This document shows, one piece after another, positions 1 through 13,039 of a DNA stretch of 64,000 nucleotides. The notes under the pieces are model-generated. The model made no database searches. It had not been told where the DNA came from and worked only from the letters and a program-made list of their open reading frames with translations. Numbering within the stretch: the stretch's first letter is position 1; every line of letters starts with the position of its first letter. Source of the stretch: Octopus vulgaris (Eukaryota). The stretch spans positions 35,278,001 through 35,342,000 of the forward strand of contig OX597832.1 in NCBI GenBank assembly GCA_951406725.2, written 5' to 3'. A program made the position numbers and the translations under genes.

Positions 1-1351
1 GGCTCTGGACAAGTATTTTTCTCTTTCATAGCAGAATATTCAACAGATGTACAATAAAATTTGCATACACCACATCTAATATAACAATAAAAAAAAAAAA
101 GAAAACTTTTGAAGCTAAGGAAATAATTAATTCTTGCTATGAATATGAGCATGCAAAATGAATTTCTCTGTAATGAAGCAGCTGGGAAGAAGGTGAGAGT
201 GGAACACTGGATATCCCAAAATCTTGTCTAAGTAATAATATGAATGGTAACAGTGAATAGAAACTCCTATAATACTTCACTGAATGAATAATTTAATTTG
301 AAGAACTGTCAGGACTGTCTCCTGAAAAACCAATGTCTTAGGAGAAACAGTGTATAAATATTCAATACTAATACTGGGAAAGGTATATTATTGCATAGGT
401 GCTTGTTCTGTGAAATTCAAGCAAAGGTAAATTCAATTCCTTAGTTACATTACCACATTGTATACTTCTTCATATAAACCAAGGGCACCAAAGGACCCCC
501 TTGGGGTCAACAAGGAATTACAGGAGGGTCGATGATAACCAGGAAGTTGAATGGGGGTCAGCATGCGAAAGACCAGCTCACCTAGATGAACTGTAAAAAG
601 TGTGTCATCCTCAATAGAATTTCTTCATTTGTCATACATGTATATTTTATCTAACATTTTAATTGGCAGCATCAGTACCTGGTATGCATCTAAGATATGG
701 TAGGGTAGGGTATTAAGATATTTTAAATGAGGAGGGTGGTCGATGTGGAAGGAGAAGAGGCTAAAGGAGGTTGATGTAGAAGAAGTAGTTAAAGGCGGTC
801 GATGGTCAAAAAAGTTTGGCAACCCCTAATATAAACCAACACCTAACAATGCATTTAAATCCTTTCCAACATAAGTTTATTCCTTATATATGGGACCATA
901 TTCTAATTGATTTCCATTCCTCATTTTGCTTTATTCAATAATTAAGTTTTAAGCATTCTTTCCCTAACAATTGAAATTCACTCTAATTACCCTTGTAAGC
1001 CGTAATTTTCACTACTAAAACAATGTAATTTATTCTTTCTTTAGAATATATTCCATTTAATAGAATTCTTCTTATGCATTGTAACTTAACTACTCTCTTG
1101 AATATATTTTATTTAATATAGATTTATTCACTTTGCAAACTTGTAGCTCTCTGGGTTACAAATTTTCACAAAAGTTTTCATTGTCATTGTTTTGAGTGAT
1201 TTTAATACAGAATTTTGTGCTGATTCCAAAAATGTGTTTATTCTTTTTTTCCCCACCATCGACCATTTGCAAGATATATTGAATGAAGCTAATACACACA
1301 TCTCATACATCTGGCAACTGCCTGTGTAAACCAAAGCTCTAACGTCACTTG

Positions 1352-2425
1352 GTCACAGGTCTCACCAGACAGCAGGATGCATGGTTGCTCTTGAAGAATG
1401 TACCCCACAACATAGACTAGTTGTTAGTGACTTTAGATTCAAGGCCAGAAGTATGCCAAAAAGCAAACCACTCTGGAAAAGAAGGACTTGGAAGCTGAAG
1501 AACCCTTCACATGGTCAGAGATTTAGGGATTTCCTGACCGAGAAATTTGATGAGAGGGAGAAGCTACAGTCCTGTGACACAGAAGGCAGCTGGGAATTCT
1601 TGCGAGACAGCTTGCTGAGTGCCACAGACCAAATTTGTGGCTGCTGAAAAGTCCCTTCCAGACCAAGGGTAACATGGTGGTTGAACAATACTGTAGACAA
1701 GGCCATTAGAGCAAAGAAACAGGCCTGGAAGAGTAGGGTTAGCAGGGGACAGTATCAGATAGCCAAAAGGGAAGATAGGAGACAGGTATATATAGGTAAG
1801 GAAGGAGCAGAAAAGAAGTTTGCCAATGTTCAGTGACATGAAGACCAAAGAACTGAAGTATTTCAGATTGCAAGAATGTGTGAGAGAAAACCATGATGTC
1901 ATAGGAGAGAAATGTGTCTGCATGGATGACGTCTCACTTACATTTAATGATTTTGCAAAGAAAGCAGCTTGGAGATGCCATTATGAAAGACTGCTGAATG
2001 AATGGGAGGAGAGTCTGCTAAAGGTTGACCCAATTGAGGGATCAGCTCCCTGAATTGACAGTACCCTGGTAGATATAACAATTAATGATTTGAAGACAGG
2101 GAAAGCACCGCTGAGAAGCTTAAAATATCAAGTGGTGTGAGTTATGGTTTTGTCACCTGCATCATAAATCAGGTAGTCCATGAAGGAGTCCTACCCAATG
2201 ATTGGTGTAGCAGCACCATAGTCAACTGCTACAAGGGGAAAGGTGATGCTTTAGATAGAAATTACTACAGGGGTATCAAATTGTTGGATCAGGTGATGAA
2301 AGTTATAGAGAGGGTCATAGCCCAACTAATTAGGGAGAGAGTTAGCCTAGATGAGATGCAGTTTGGTTTTGTGCCAGGCAGAAGCACCATTGATGCTATA
2401 TTTCTGGTAGGGCAACTGCAGGAGA
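1352..2425 (+). mobile_element. RTE-clade LINE fragment (end of endonuclease to start of RT), decayed
   Basis: QHRLVVSDF, PNDWCSSTIVNCYKGKGDALDRNYYRGIKLL and QFGFVPGRSTIDAIF motifs; same family as 45285-47727; several stops and frameshifts. Confidence 0.92.
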
Positions 2426-2482
2426 ACCCGGAACCATGTGGTTGTTAAGCAAGCTACTTACCACATAGCCACTTCTGCACCT
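2426..2482 (-). mobile_element. SINE head fragment
   Basis: ggaaccatgtggttgttaagcaagctacttaccacatagccac matches the head of the SINE at 20050-20100. Confidence 0.7.
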
Positions 2483-3291
2483 GGGATATTGAACTTTTAA
2501 ACAGAACAACCTCAGGTGCCATGTAGAACTTTGCCTTTAATAACCATAACAATTTTTGAATAAATAATTGAAATATTTTATGCAATGAAAACTTAACTCT
2601 TACACATTATTTCATCCAAATAATTGTTGTACATATGCTAATGCAAATAAAAAAAAGAAAAGAAACTTGTGAAAATATTGGTTATTCTCCCCTTCACACA
2701 CATCCTACCTAACATTGTGCACTACTAACAACCATTTAATGACCAGACCCACTAAACAGGAATGTGGGGTGTAGTGATGGATCAGAGCAAATAAATCTAA
2801 CCAGTGTAAATAATGTATACGCAAAAGCAATAGGGGCACGTGACAGACTTGAGCAATGAAATAGATTTATTTCACTTATTGAAAAAATCTAAGGATGCAT
2901 CAACTGAAATAGATTCACAAGCCTCAGCTTGTTGCAGGTGTAAATGACAGCAGGTGTAATGCAGGTGTAATGACAGCGAAAATATTAGAAACTGAATGGT
3001 GTTTTAGTCATAGAACTGAATAAACAAGCAACTTCTATTTTAAAAAAAGCATTGAGAAACAAATGACTGACATATTAAAAAAAATGAAATAAATGGCATT
3101 TGAATGAAGATTATTTTCAAACAAAAAATAAAATTTAGAATACTGAAAAGCTGCTGTGCTTGTGTGAAGAAGAAATTTTTGAATTCGAATAGGATTAGAG
3201 AAATACTGGATTAATAGGTTCTGATAATATCAGAGTGAGATCTTAAAGGATTATAGGGAAATATGTAACAAGAAAAGTTTATAGAACTCAC

Positions 3292-3398
3292 CTCACGGTA
3301 CACTTCTAGAACATCTCCAATGTGAAGCTCCAGTTCGTCTTCTGCTTCAGGAATGTATTCAAATTGCACTTTTGCAAGCTTTTTCTTTTTAGATCCAA
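3292..3398 (-). CDS. SH3KBP1: Coding exon 4: first half of second SH3 domain (SH3-B); alternative acceptor would start it at 3404
   Basis: Acceptor ttttag tttcag|, donor GAG|gtgagt. Encodes GSKKKKLAKVQFEYIPEAEDELELHIGDVLEVYRE, similar to CD2AP SH3-B (CKVLFEYIPQNEDELELKVGD). Confidence 0.92.
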
Positions 3399-3842
3399 CT
3401 GAAACTAAAAAGAAGCAGAGAGAAATAAAATATTTCAGAGGTATTTATTTATTAAATATGACATTTTTAATCTAAGTTTACCACTGTTAACAAAATTTCA
3501 ACAACCTAAAAGAAAATGAGATGCAACTTTTAAATTCAGCCGTTTGTTCACACACAAATAAGCCCTTCATCTTCAGCATTTTCTTTTGTAATTTCTTACA
3601 GCTGTTCACACATATAATATGCACAAGTAACACACACACAAGATTTGAATGAAATATTGGAAACATCACCTTTTATTTAAATACTATTTTCTGACAATAC
3701 AACAAATTCACAACTGTTCTAATCATTATGTATGCCTTATGCTTCATGATATGATCCTCTGAATTTCTTTTTTGTTTTTTTTTAGATATTGAAACTTAGG
3801 AGAAGGGTAAGGGGAGGGGTTGGTTATTTGACTACCTACAAG

Positions 3843-4228
3843 AGCCTCGGTTATTCCTAACAAGAGGGACTATAAAAAGAGTAAGATGTACAACCTGCAT
3901 TAAACTATTAGGGGCTACTATTTATATGCTGTGGGGTTACAGGTACTATTATGGGGTAGTGTAAGTATATCTAGTGTTATTTATAATAGTAAGAGGCTCC
4001 TGTAGGTAGTCAAATAACTACCTACCCCTTCCCCATTGTCTTAAATGTTAACCCCCACCCATATCTATTGCCTATTTCTTACTATTATAAATAACACTAG
4101 ATGTACTTACACTACCCCATAATAGTACTTGTAACCCCACAGCATATAAATAGTAGCCCCTAATAGTTTAATGCAGGTTGTACATCTTACTTTTTTTATA
4201 GTCCCTCTTGTTAGGAATAACCGAGGCT
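3843..4228. repeat. Near-perfect inverted repeat, 152-bp arms (3843-3994 / 4077-4228), 82-bp spacer
   Basis: Direct reverse-complement comparison shows 3 substitutions and no indels. Confidence 0.95.
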
Positions 4229-4299
4229 ATATTTAGTGGCTACTTGAGTACCATATAGTGAATAGTACCATATAATTTGTCTTAATCTAGTCCATTGTT

Positions 4300-5100
4300 T
4301 TTCAGAATTCATACCACAATTACTTGATCAAGCTATATTCACATAAGGGTCTACTTTACTCATATTATTATTCATCTCAAGAAATTCCCAACTTAAGCAG
4401 TGTAATATGTATATTCCTACTAAGTTATTTACTTCTGCAGAGTCACCTGACCCCATAGTTAAGATTATTAGGTCTGTCCTTTCTGGGCCAATATTTACCT
4501 TCAAATTCTTTTACCCACACCCTAGCTTCTAAAATAATATCAATTTCATGCTTGTATGAATTAGAATTTTTCATTGCAAAAATGAGTACCTTATTCAGTA
4601 AAATTGGGTTAATGATTGAGTAACAACTAGATATCTATTTGAATAAATTAAATTAATCTTGATTGCTTTAAATAAATCCATAACTTTATAGGTCAAATTT
4701 AATTACTTGCTTAAGTGTAAATGAGACTTGTGGAGAGGAAGTAAATTATTGATAGTTACATACAATTGACAATCTATCTGCAGGATTAGTTTAAAGTTGG
4801 GTTTAAGTCCTTCAAGTTTAACCTGGGTATCCTAGGAGAATATGGTTCAGTGTTGTCTTCTATATATAATTTACTTACTATATCCTTTCCAATTTAGTTG
4901 TTAGTGAAGACAAACTCAGTGGCAACTTTCCTAATAAGATGTTTATATGAGTGATAGCCCAAATTATGAAAACTACCAGTCTTATCAGCATGGACAAGAA
5001 TTCCAGATTTCTTTTTAAGTTCCTTGGTCAGGAGGTGCAGTTTACTTAAATGCTCCATTTCTTTGCAAAGGGAATTTATAGAACTTGATGTTCTCGACGA
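4300..5100 (-). mobile_element. Penelope-like element RT core remnant
   Basis: Minus-strand fragments LVHADKTGSFHNL, LEGLKPNFK, FIQIDI, LLNKVLIFA and LTMGSGDSAEVNNLVGIYIL follow the order of PLE RT motifs (ADKT, LKDHKPNF, FDIxxFYPSI, TMGSYDGAExCELVGLYIL). Confidence 0.7.
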
Positions 5101-6759
5101 TATTTACAGTTTATCCTCAAAAGCTGCAAGGAGCAGATGTTTATAGTTCATTCTCAAAAGCTGCAAGGAGTGGGTTCTTTCTACATCTAAATTCTTGCAT
5201 AATGTTATCCTCATTACAGGCATACATACCAATCTCATTAGCATTATTGAAATGATAGGCTCTCCATCTTATATGTCATATAAAGGAGTTGGTGTTAACA
5301 ATGAGACTTCAATTTTTTTCTTGATGCTAATGACATATCTTTCAGTCATGTGGAAATGTATAATTGCTGTATTCACTTTGAGCACATGAAGTCGTATGTG
5401 TATTCAAACATCAAATGAAAATAGGATCAAGGGTCCTGGTGAAATTCTTCATAGGGTCTCTTCCTAACCAGGCTAACAAGATTGGTCTGCGATAAATGTA
5501 GAAATCTACGTAGTTTATACTTGAACAACTGTCACTGGCCCAATTTGCAAATCTGAAGTTCAGTCACCAAGTAAAATTGGTGGATTCCATAGTACAATAA
5601 TAATCTTTAAAACTAAATCATACTGGTTGTGAGGTATGAAATTTGACCACAAAAGTGGTAGTTCTCTTCTATTTTTAATTATCTGAGATCTTCCTTTCAG
5701 GAAGGAGCTGGTTTCTAACAAAGATACAAAGCTCCACCTTGGAATGCAGACAGCAAAAACAAATTCACATTTTAAACTTGAGAAAATGTTTGTATATTTT
5801 TACTGTTCCACTTACAGACTATATTTGCAATGTGGGAATTAGCTGGTTGATTTCTTTTTCTGAGAACCCTAGCTTATCAAGATTGTCACTTAGGCATTTA
5901 CTCACTAAACCAAGCACAAAAATTATTATTGGTATACATATGAATTCATAATCTGAGTATAAAATCTAGGGGTTTCAAAGCAGTTATCCATAGTTATTCT
6001 CTTTCTCTTTGATTTTTAAGAGATATTTATAGAAGCAGGGTAGCTACCCAGTATGATGGTACCTGTGTTTTCTTGTCTGTCCAAAACAACACCTGACCTG
6101 TTACACTTGCTAGAAGTTTTGATGGGAATGTTTAACCAATATTCCAAGAGTTGATTTTTATGTATGTATTCAATTTAATCCAAGACAGTCTTTTGTCAGG
6201 ATGGCATTGTATATTGTTTTAATGACAATGTCATGTCACATAGGAACATAGTATATTCATGACATTTCTGGGCAGCTGCTAATCACAAATGTAATGTCTT
6301 TCACAGAAATGTGACATAATTTACATTTTCGGTTACATATCGGAGTTCCAAGGGGCTCACTGTCTCTTTTGTTAGCAGATATTTTACTCTTTGGGGTATA
6401 TCAGTTCAGCTGTTTTGTGGGTGTATGTGAGGACATCAGAAAGAGAGGAGCTCACTGACAATATGGTTGGTTTGTTTGCTTTTTAGCATTAATTTACTAT
6501 GTAGTACTTTTACTGCTGTTGTTTAGCAAGTGCTGCCTGGGACTCTATTACATTCAAAGGCAGTCTCCACTGATCTTAAGCTTCTACTTCTTAGTTAGAG
6601 TCTTTCAGTATCACTGTTTCTGTGGCAGTTTCTCAATGCTCACAATGTAGTACTACACAATGTAGGGTTATAAGATGGGCAGAAGGATCTAGCACTTACC
6701 CATTATAAGAATACAAAATTCCTACTGCAGCAATCACTCAGGAAGATGCAAAACATTTG

Positions 6760-8030
6760 ATGTGAAGATCTTATATTCAAGCTGCCACTGATGCAAATGA
6801 CAGCAAGAAGCTCTACCATCTTATGAAGCAAATATATGGGCCTATCTAAGGAGAGCTCTGTTCTACTTACTAAATCAAGAGAAATTACAGGTCACTGGAT
6901 TGAATATCTTTCTCAACTTTTAAACAATGTGTCAGTGGTAACTGATGCTGTAATTGATACTATTCAACTAACACCTGTCACAGGCTTCTTGTATTTTGCA
7001 CCTTCAATAGTAGTAAAGTTGAATTTTGATAAAGTACCTGGTAAAGACGGGATTTGTACGGAGATGTCACACAGAAGTTTTACAAGCTTATTAGTGTAGT
7101 CTGGAGAGTAGTGATGTTTCTAAGAACTAGAAGGATGCAATTATCCTTTTTCTCATAAAGGAAAGTGAGTCAAAATAAAGTGTGGCAAGCATAGAAATAT
7201 TGCTCTATTGTCTGTTGCTGGCAAGGCTCTGGCAAGTATCCTTCTTGCACATTTGAATAATACTTTGTAAATGACATCCTATCTGACTCTTAATGTGATT
7301 TCCATTCAGGTAGGGGGACAGTTGATCTGATTTTCACAGCAAGACAGATGCAGAAGTGATATGAGTAGAATATGGATCTTGTCCAGATTTTCATTTATTT
7401 AATCAAAGCCTTTGATACTGTGAATAGGGCCTCCCTGTGTAAAATACTCAGGAAATTTAGTTGTCCAGGTCACTTTGTATCAATAATTAAATTGTTTCAT
7501 GATGAGATGTTATCATGGGTCAATGCTGATAGTGGCATGGCCGGATGCATTCCTGTAGAGAATAGTGTCAATTTCTATTTTGTGTTACTCTCACACATGC
7601 TTTTCTTGTAGATTGCTCTTCTGAAATACAGGTAAAGTACCTTCTGGTTGTCTCTTCAACTTGCATCAATTTGTTGCCAATATAAAAGTGTTTCAGGTTC
7701 TTATTTATGACCACCTTTATGTGGTCTATTGTGACTTGGTTACTCATACAGCTGAAGATATGCCAATTCTCATGGATCATATTTCTGCATCATGCAAGAC
7801 ATTTGGACTCAGCATTAACCAGGACAAGACTGTTGTAATGTTCCAGCCTAAGCCATGAAACCCATATGTGAAACCATCTATCTTAGTTGAAAGATCAGTA
7901 CTGAAAGTGGTAGACAAATTTGCACACTCAACTACTCTTGCACCTTGGATGATAAAATATTTTTAAGGCTTCAGAAGGGCTCTTGGGTTTTGTGTCTGGT
8001 ACTAACATGGCATCACAAAGTATCTGCAGA
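6760..8030 (+). mobile_element. Decayed RTE (BovB-like) LINE RT fragment
   Basis: KVPGKDGI, KAFDTVNRASLCKILRKFSCP and FGLSINQDKTVVMFQP motifs. Confidence 0.85.
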
Positions 8031-8149
8031 TGTTTATACTTATCAATTGCTAGACTCATCAGACACCAGCAAAGCTACAAGAGTAAAATATAAATTTGTC
8101 TGAGTGTACAGTGTTCTTAATGGTCAGTGATGGTTTTCGTTAGTCATAA

Positions 8150-8425
8150 GTGGATAGCCATCATGTGATTGTGTGTGTATATCTGGGAGTATCTCTTCTT
8201 GTCACCAAGTGATAATTGTAAATAAGTGTCACAGTCATACAAGGAGTGTCCTTTATTTCCAATTTTCTGTAAAAGACATGCTGAGCCAAGGGTAAATATT
8301 AGGAAACAGGTGAGGGTTGGTGATAAGAAGGGCATCTGGCCATTGAAAAATCAGCTTCAATAAGCTTTGTCTGACCCATGCAAGCATGGAAAAGTGGACA
8401 TTAAAACAATGGTGTTGATGAAGAT
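8150..8425 (+). mobile_element. SINE/LINE-tail repeat ending in catgcaagcatggaaaagtggacattaaaac
   Basis: Similar to 43600-43845 and shares the RTE-type 3' terminus. Confidence 0.65.
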
Positions 8426-8879
8426 GGCTCATATTTTATATTATTCTCCAATAAAACTGGGCAGTATTATGATGGAGGAGATCTTAATAACACACAAACA
8501 GCTATATGTATAGAGCTTTAAACATTAAGGGGAAGTAGCTACTTCTGACTAAGCTGTGGGCTAATTTGCAAGGGGGTGTACAACTGGTAGCCAATTAAAT
8601 AACTAGTGAATGGATACTTTGACAAGTGAGGGTAGAGGGGGAAGTGCACCGATGATGGTCTGAAGGCAGAAGGATATTAACTTGCGGGGATGGGGGACAC
8701 GATGGTCTACCTGCATACTTCTTGATTCAAAACAACAAATATTGTAGCGGGGTGGTTTTCTGGGTGGGGGTGCATGAATGGACTGAAATATTTGCCAAAA
8801 TTAAGTGACTTTACTCATTCATGACTCACAACTGCGCCCATGGCAAGTGCTCTGCCTGCCATACCTTAGCTATACCACT

Positions 8880-9090
8880 GGTGTGCATGTCTGTGTGTAT
8901 GTTTGTCCCCACCACCACTGCTTGACAACCGATGTTGGTATGTTTATGTTCCCCTAACTTAGCGGTTCGGCAAAAGATACCATTAGAATAAGTGCTAGGC
9001 TTACAAAGAATAAGTCCTGGGGTCGATTTCTTTGACTAAGGCGGTGCTTCAGCTTGGCCACAGTCATATGACTGAAATATGTAAAAGAAT
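8880..9090 (+). mobile_element. SINE 3' half
   Basis: Reverse complement of 19693-19870 (gcttgacaaccgatg...cttagcggttcggcaaaaga...cagtcatatgactgaaa). Confidence 0.85.
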
Positions 9091-9299
9091 ACCAAATGAC
9101 TTGCAGTTTCTGTTCCATTTCTTTCTTGCCTTCTGAGTTCAGTTGAGGCCATCTTCGAACCAAGGGATGTGAAATCATCAACTTGATTGATAGGATCTCC
9201 GCTAACGTTGGGGATAGATCCTTGTTGATTGTGAGCAATGAATTTGGTTTTACTAGGATTAAATAATACAACATGTGCAGCTAATTCTAGACGATGAAA

Positions 9300-9870
9300 T
9301 AATTGGGTGGAGTTTGATATTGTGTCAGAGAGTAAGACTAAACAACCAGCATAGTCTACATTAATTATTTATTGAGATAGATGTCCGAAAGAATATTTAA
9401 AAAACTCAGACAGCCAAAACATGGTTGGCACTAAACAAACTGGATGTTGTCTGGAAATCAACTTTGTCAGACAACCTTTAAAAGGAATTTTTTCCATGCA
9501 ACAGTAGTCAGTCGTATAATGAGCAACAGCCTGGATGTTTACAACAAAACTGGAATTGAAGTTAGATAGAACTTACACCTGAATGTTAAGAGCAATCTTA
9601 AACATATCTTGGAGAACTTATCTCACTAAGACAGAGCTGTATGAAGATCTGCCTGTTTCCACCAAAATAAGGGGAAGGTGCCAGAGCTTTGCTAGCGAGC
9701 TGAACAAGTGCATGCATGTGACCTACTGATATGGATGCCAAAGCACAGCCTTACTCGAGTAGGTCATCCAAACATAACATATGTAGATCAACACAGCATA
9801 GACACCGGATGCTTTCCTGAAGGTCTCCTTCAACTAATGTTGGACTGAGATGGATGGCCTGTTTCGGCTA
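9300..9870 (+). mobile_element. Decayed RTE-type LINE C-terminal fragment
   Basis: Translates to AKTWLALNKLDVVWKSTLSDNL and LKLDRTYT*MLRAILNISWR, typical of the post-RT region. Confidence 0.65.
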
Positions 9871-11867
9871 AAAATGTTTGAGCAAGCTGGACCAGATGAC
9901 GATAGTGATTCTCTGCCATGGCCTACATAGTTGGTACACGTCATCTATTGCTCAGTTAGACACTACCAACTTGGATCTTTGGGTATCTGCAAGTACATGG
10001 ACCAGGTCTCAGGTTTCCTTCTTTTGTCCCTCTTACCAATCTCGGAAGACCTGTAAAAGATCATGGGCATAACCATCCCTCCTGGCTGAAAGTTAAAAAC
10101 GAATTTCAATATGGAAGCCAACAACACAAATTACATTAACAAACAAACCTAAAACTCCCTAAATATCCCATCAGGTTCAACATCGTAACACTCTCCCAAA
10201 TGGCATAATTGGGAGATGGAGACCTCAACACATATAACATCATAAACAGCTCACACCAACCTAACTATTAACGATTCTTCTCCAGATATCATTTTCTGTC
10301 TCACATATCTACTACAACCACGTAGCTAACAATTCTCCATCTCTCTTCAAACCACTTGTTAATTAGCATCTTAACCACACTTTCACAAACTCCATAAAAG
10401 CCCAAAGGAATGGGTTCCATCAAGAAACAAAATCAAAGCTTGACAATTCAACAATACTGCACTTCATCAACATTGACTCTTCTGTTCAGAGTCAACAAAG
10501 CAAAAATAGACACTTCCAAAATTAGTCTCCACAAGGCAACATAACAAATACAATTCCAATCACACATCAGAAATAGCTACCCTCAAACACAATATATCGA
10601 AACCATATAACAGAGATAAAACTCAGCAACAAATAACTAATAAGGAACATATATTATGCAAGTTAGAAAACCCCAAAGTACAGCAGAACTGAAAAATTGT
10701 AAAATCTTCTATCCAAGATGAATTACAAAAACTGCAAAACACTGTATGGGGTTATTGGCAAAATGAACAAGTTACAGTGCACTCCATGACATAATAGCAA
10801 CTCTAAATACACAGTAACATCAAGCAAACAAACATTTCTCAAAAATCAGTGTCTAAAAACTCCACAAAGAAGACAAAAATACAGAACAAGAAATATGTAC
10901 CTCCTTCCTAGAAACTCAAAAAATAAGAGGGAAATCTAAAAACACCAATACATCAAGGCTAGATAAAACACCAAATACATCAAGGCTAGATAAAATCGCA
11001 AACACATCTGAGTCCTGAATGAATCATTGCATAAAGTAACATCTACAACTGCTGGTTCTAACATGAAAATTTGAAAACTGAGCAAAATCACAATCTTGGA
11101 CATTACTAACCCATATTCCACTCTCCAAATTTCAACTCTTGCATCCTTTTGCTATTATCAGATGCAGTTGTACAACTACACCAACCCTACAAAAATCAAG
11201 AATGCTGGTTCAAAAGCAGACATAAGGTAACATCTACCAAATTCATTGGCTCACTTCTTAACAGCAACATCAAAGTCAAGGCCGACAGCAGAGCCCAGCA
11301 CAGTCCTCTCGCTGACCAGCTCTTATTAAACCATCTATCCCATTCCAAAATAGAAGACAGATGTTAAATGATGATGATGATGATGATAATAGTCCTCAAA
11401 CTTGTGATAGATGCTAGACATCACGTATTCTGGTATGTCTCACGGCAACCTCACAATATGTTGCGATATCAAAAACAATGTGTTCTTTTCAGGACCAGAA
11501 AAAAAACTTCAGCTTTAATCAGATACTGATCCTCTTCAGAGCCTGAATATAGCCCTCATTGAACTATTGCTCACATATTTGAGGTGTTGTCTCTGTTGCA
11601 TTCACTGATGAATAAAATTTAAAAACAAAACAAAAATATGATTATGACTAATTACCCTTAAGATAGTTGGATTCAATTTGAAGAAAGTATTTTATTTCAA
11701 GCAGGTAATTGGTCGACAAGATATCTATCAGGAAAAGAGTTAGTTAAAAAGAAAAGTGAAATCAAATGACCTGCATTATTTATCCACAACAACAAAACAG
11801 AATATTTTTGTATTTAACAATAAAAACAAGCCTGCTTTCCAAACCCCAATGATACAAAAAGTCTTAC

Positions 11868-11991
11868 TTTTTTTGCTTGACATCATGGCTCCAATTTGGA
11901 TCCCATCTTTAATTTTGTTTGCCATTTCAGTAATATGGCCTTTCCTTATTTGAAACCTATTACTGTTGTCGTTCTTACCAGTGCTTATAAT
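11868..11991 (-). CDS. SH3KBP1: Coding exon 3: end of SH3-A and linker
   Basis: Poly-T acceptor tttaacag, donor AAA|gtaaga, 124 nt and open: IISTGKNDNSNRFQIRKGHITEMANKIKDGIQIGAMMSSKK. Phase 0 start and phase 1 end match exons 2 and 4. Confidence 0.75.
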
Positions 11992-13039
11992 CTGTTAAAA
12001 AAAAAAGACAATGTATAGAAAACAATGCAAAGCAAGAGAGTTAACAATACTAAAATACATTAAGAAAAGGGTTAGTAGAACAAAATTAATTGAGTTATAC
12101 CCAAGTTTCAATAGCAAGAGTTGATTTCCTTTTAAACATAGCAAAGGTGTAGTTAATTACACCATTGCCAAAGTCATACAATATATATTTTAATTAACCA
12201 ACGGCTATAGTATGATCATGATTTGTCATGGAAGAATGTAGGATACAGGAAGGATGCTTGTACAGAATATTAAGAAGGACTGAATTCAAAAAGTGCACTT
12301 TGTTAAAACAAATTGAGATGGTCAACTGCATTATAAAATTAGTATTAGAATCAAAATATGATAATGGCATAACAGCTACATTGAGAAAGCTTAAAACCTC
12401 CATAATGGTTGAAACGTCATATGTACTAAACAGAATAAATTAAAAATAAGGCACCAAAACTTATGAAAGCAATCAAAGTTTTAGATTTAAAGAAACAAAA
12501 TTTCATTTTGAAACTAGGTTTTCAATCCACATCTGATTGATATCCTCAAAGTAACTGGCAATTTACAAATGGAACTGATCCAATTTTGGGAAGATAATAT
12601 TCTGAGGTCTTTATTTGATAGTAGGAAGGATGGAATTGAAAAGTGCCATTCAGTATCAACATTCTCAGTGAATGTTATTCAGTTTTGATAAACCTATCTG
12701 TAACACATTTTCAAAAAATTTCAACTACTTTAGATGAGATATACATAGAGGAATGAATCTGTCACCTTATGAAAGTAAAACATGTTCTTGGAAATCTGGC
12801 TGTAATGTGAATCTCATGTTGTGGGATGAATTTTTCTATTGATTTTCTTGTTATTAAGTGAGATTGTATTCCTATGGACTCTTGCAGAAAAAATGTACAA
12901 GGCAACAACAAAGAACAAGGAACACGATCACCTTTATACATGAAAACAATTTCTAAACACACAGAGTACATAATACAAAAACATTTCACGAGGAATATGT
13001 TATGAAATTAATAAGAATCATATTGTAAGAGCACGTTCC

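Noticed and set aside
2934-2978. Three CAGGTG E-boxes in a short tandem repeat
   Set aside because: Consistent with simple slippage duplication; no evidence of function. Similar short duplications occur near 5115, 10940 and 48770.
10430-11610. Possible additional LINE remnants
   Set aside because: A/C-rich sequence with only faint RT-like fragments; too degraded to assign.
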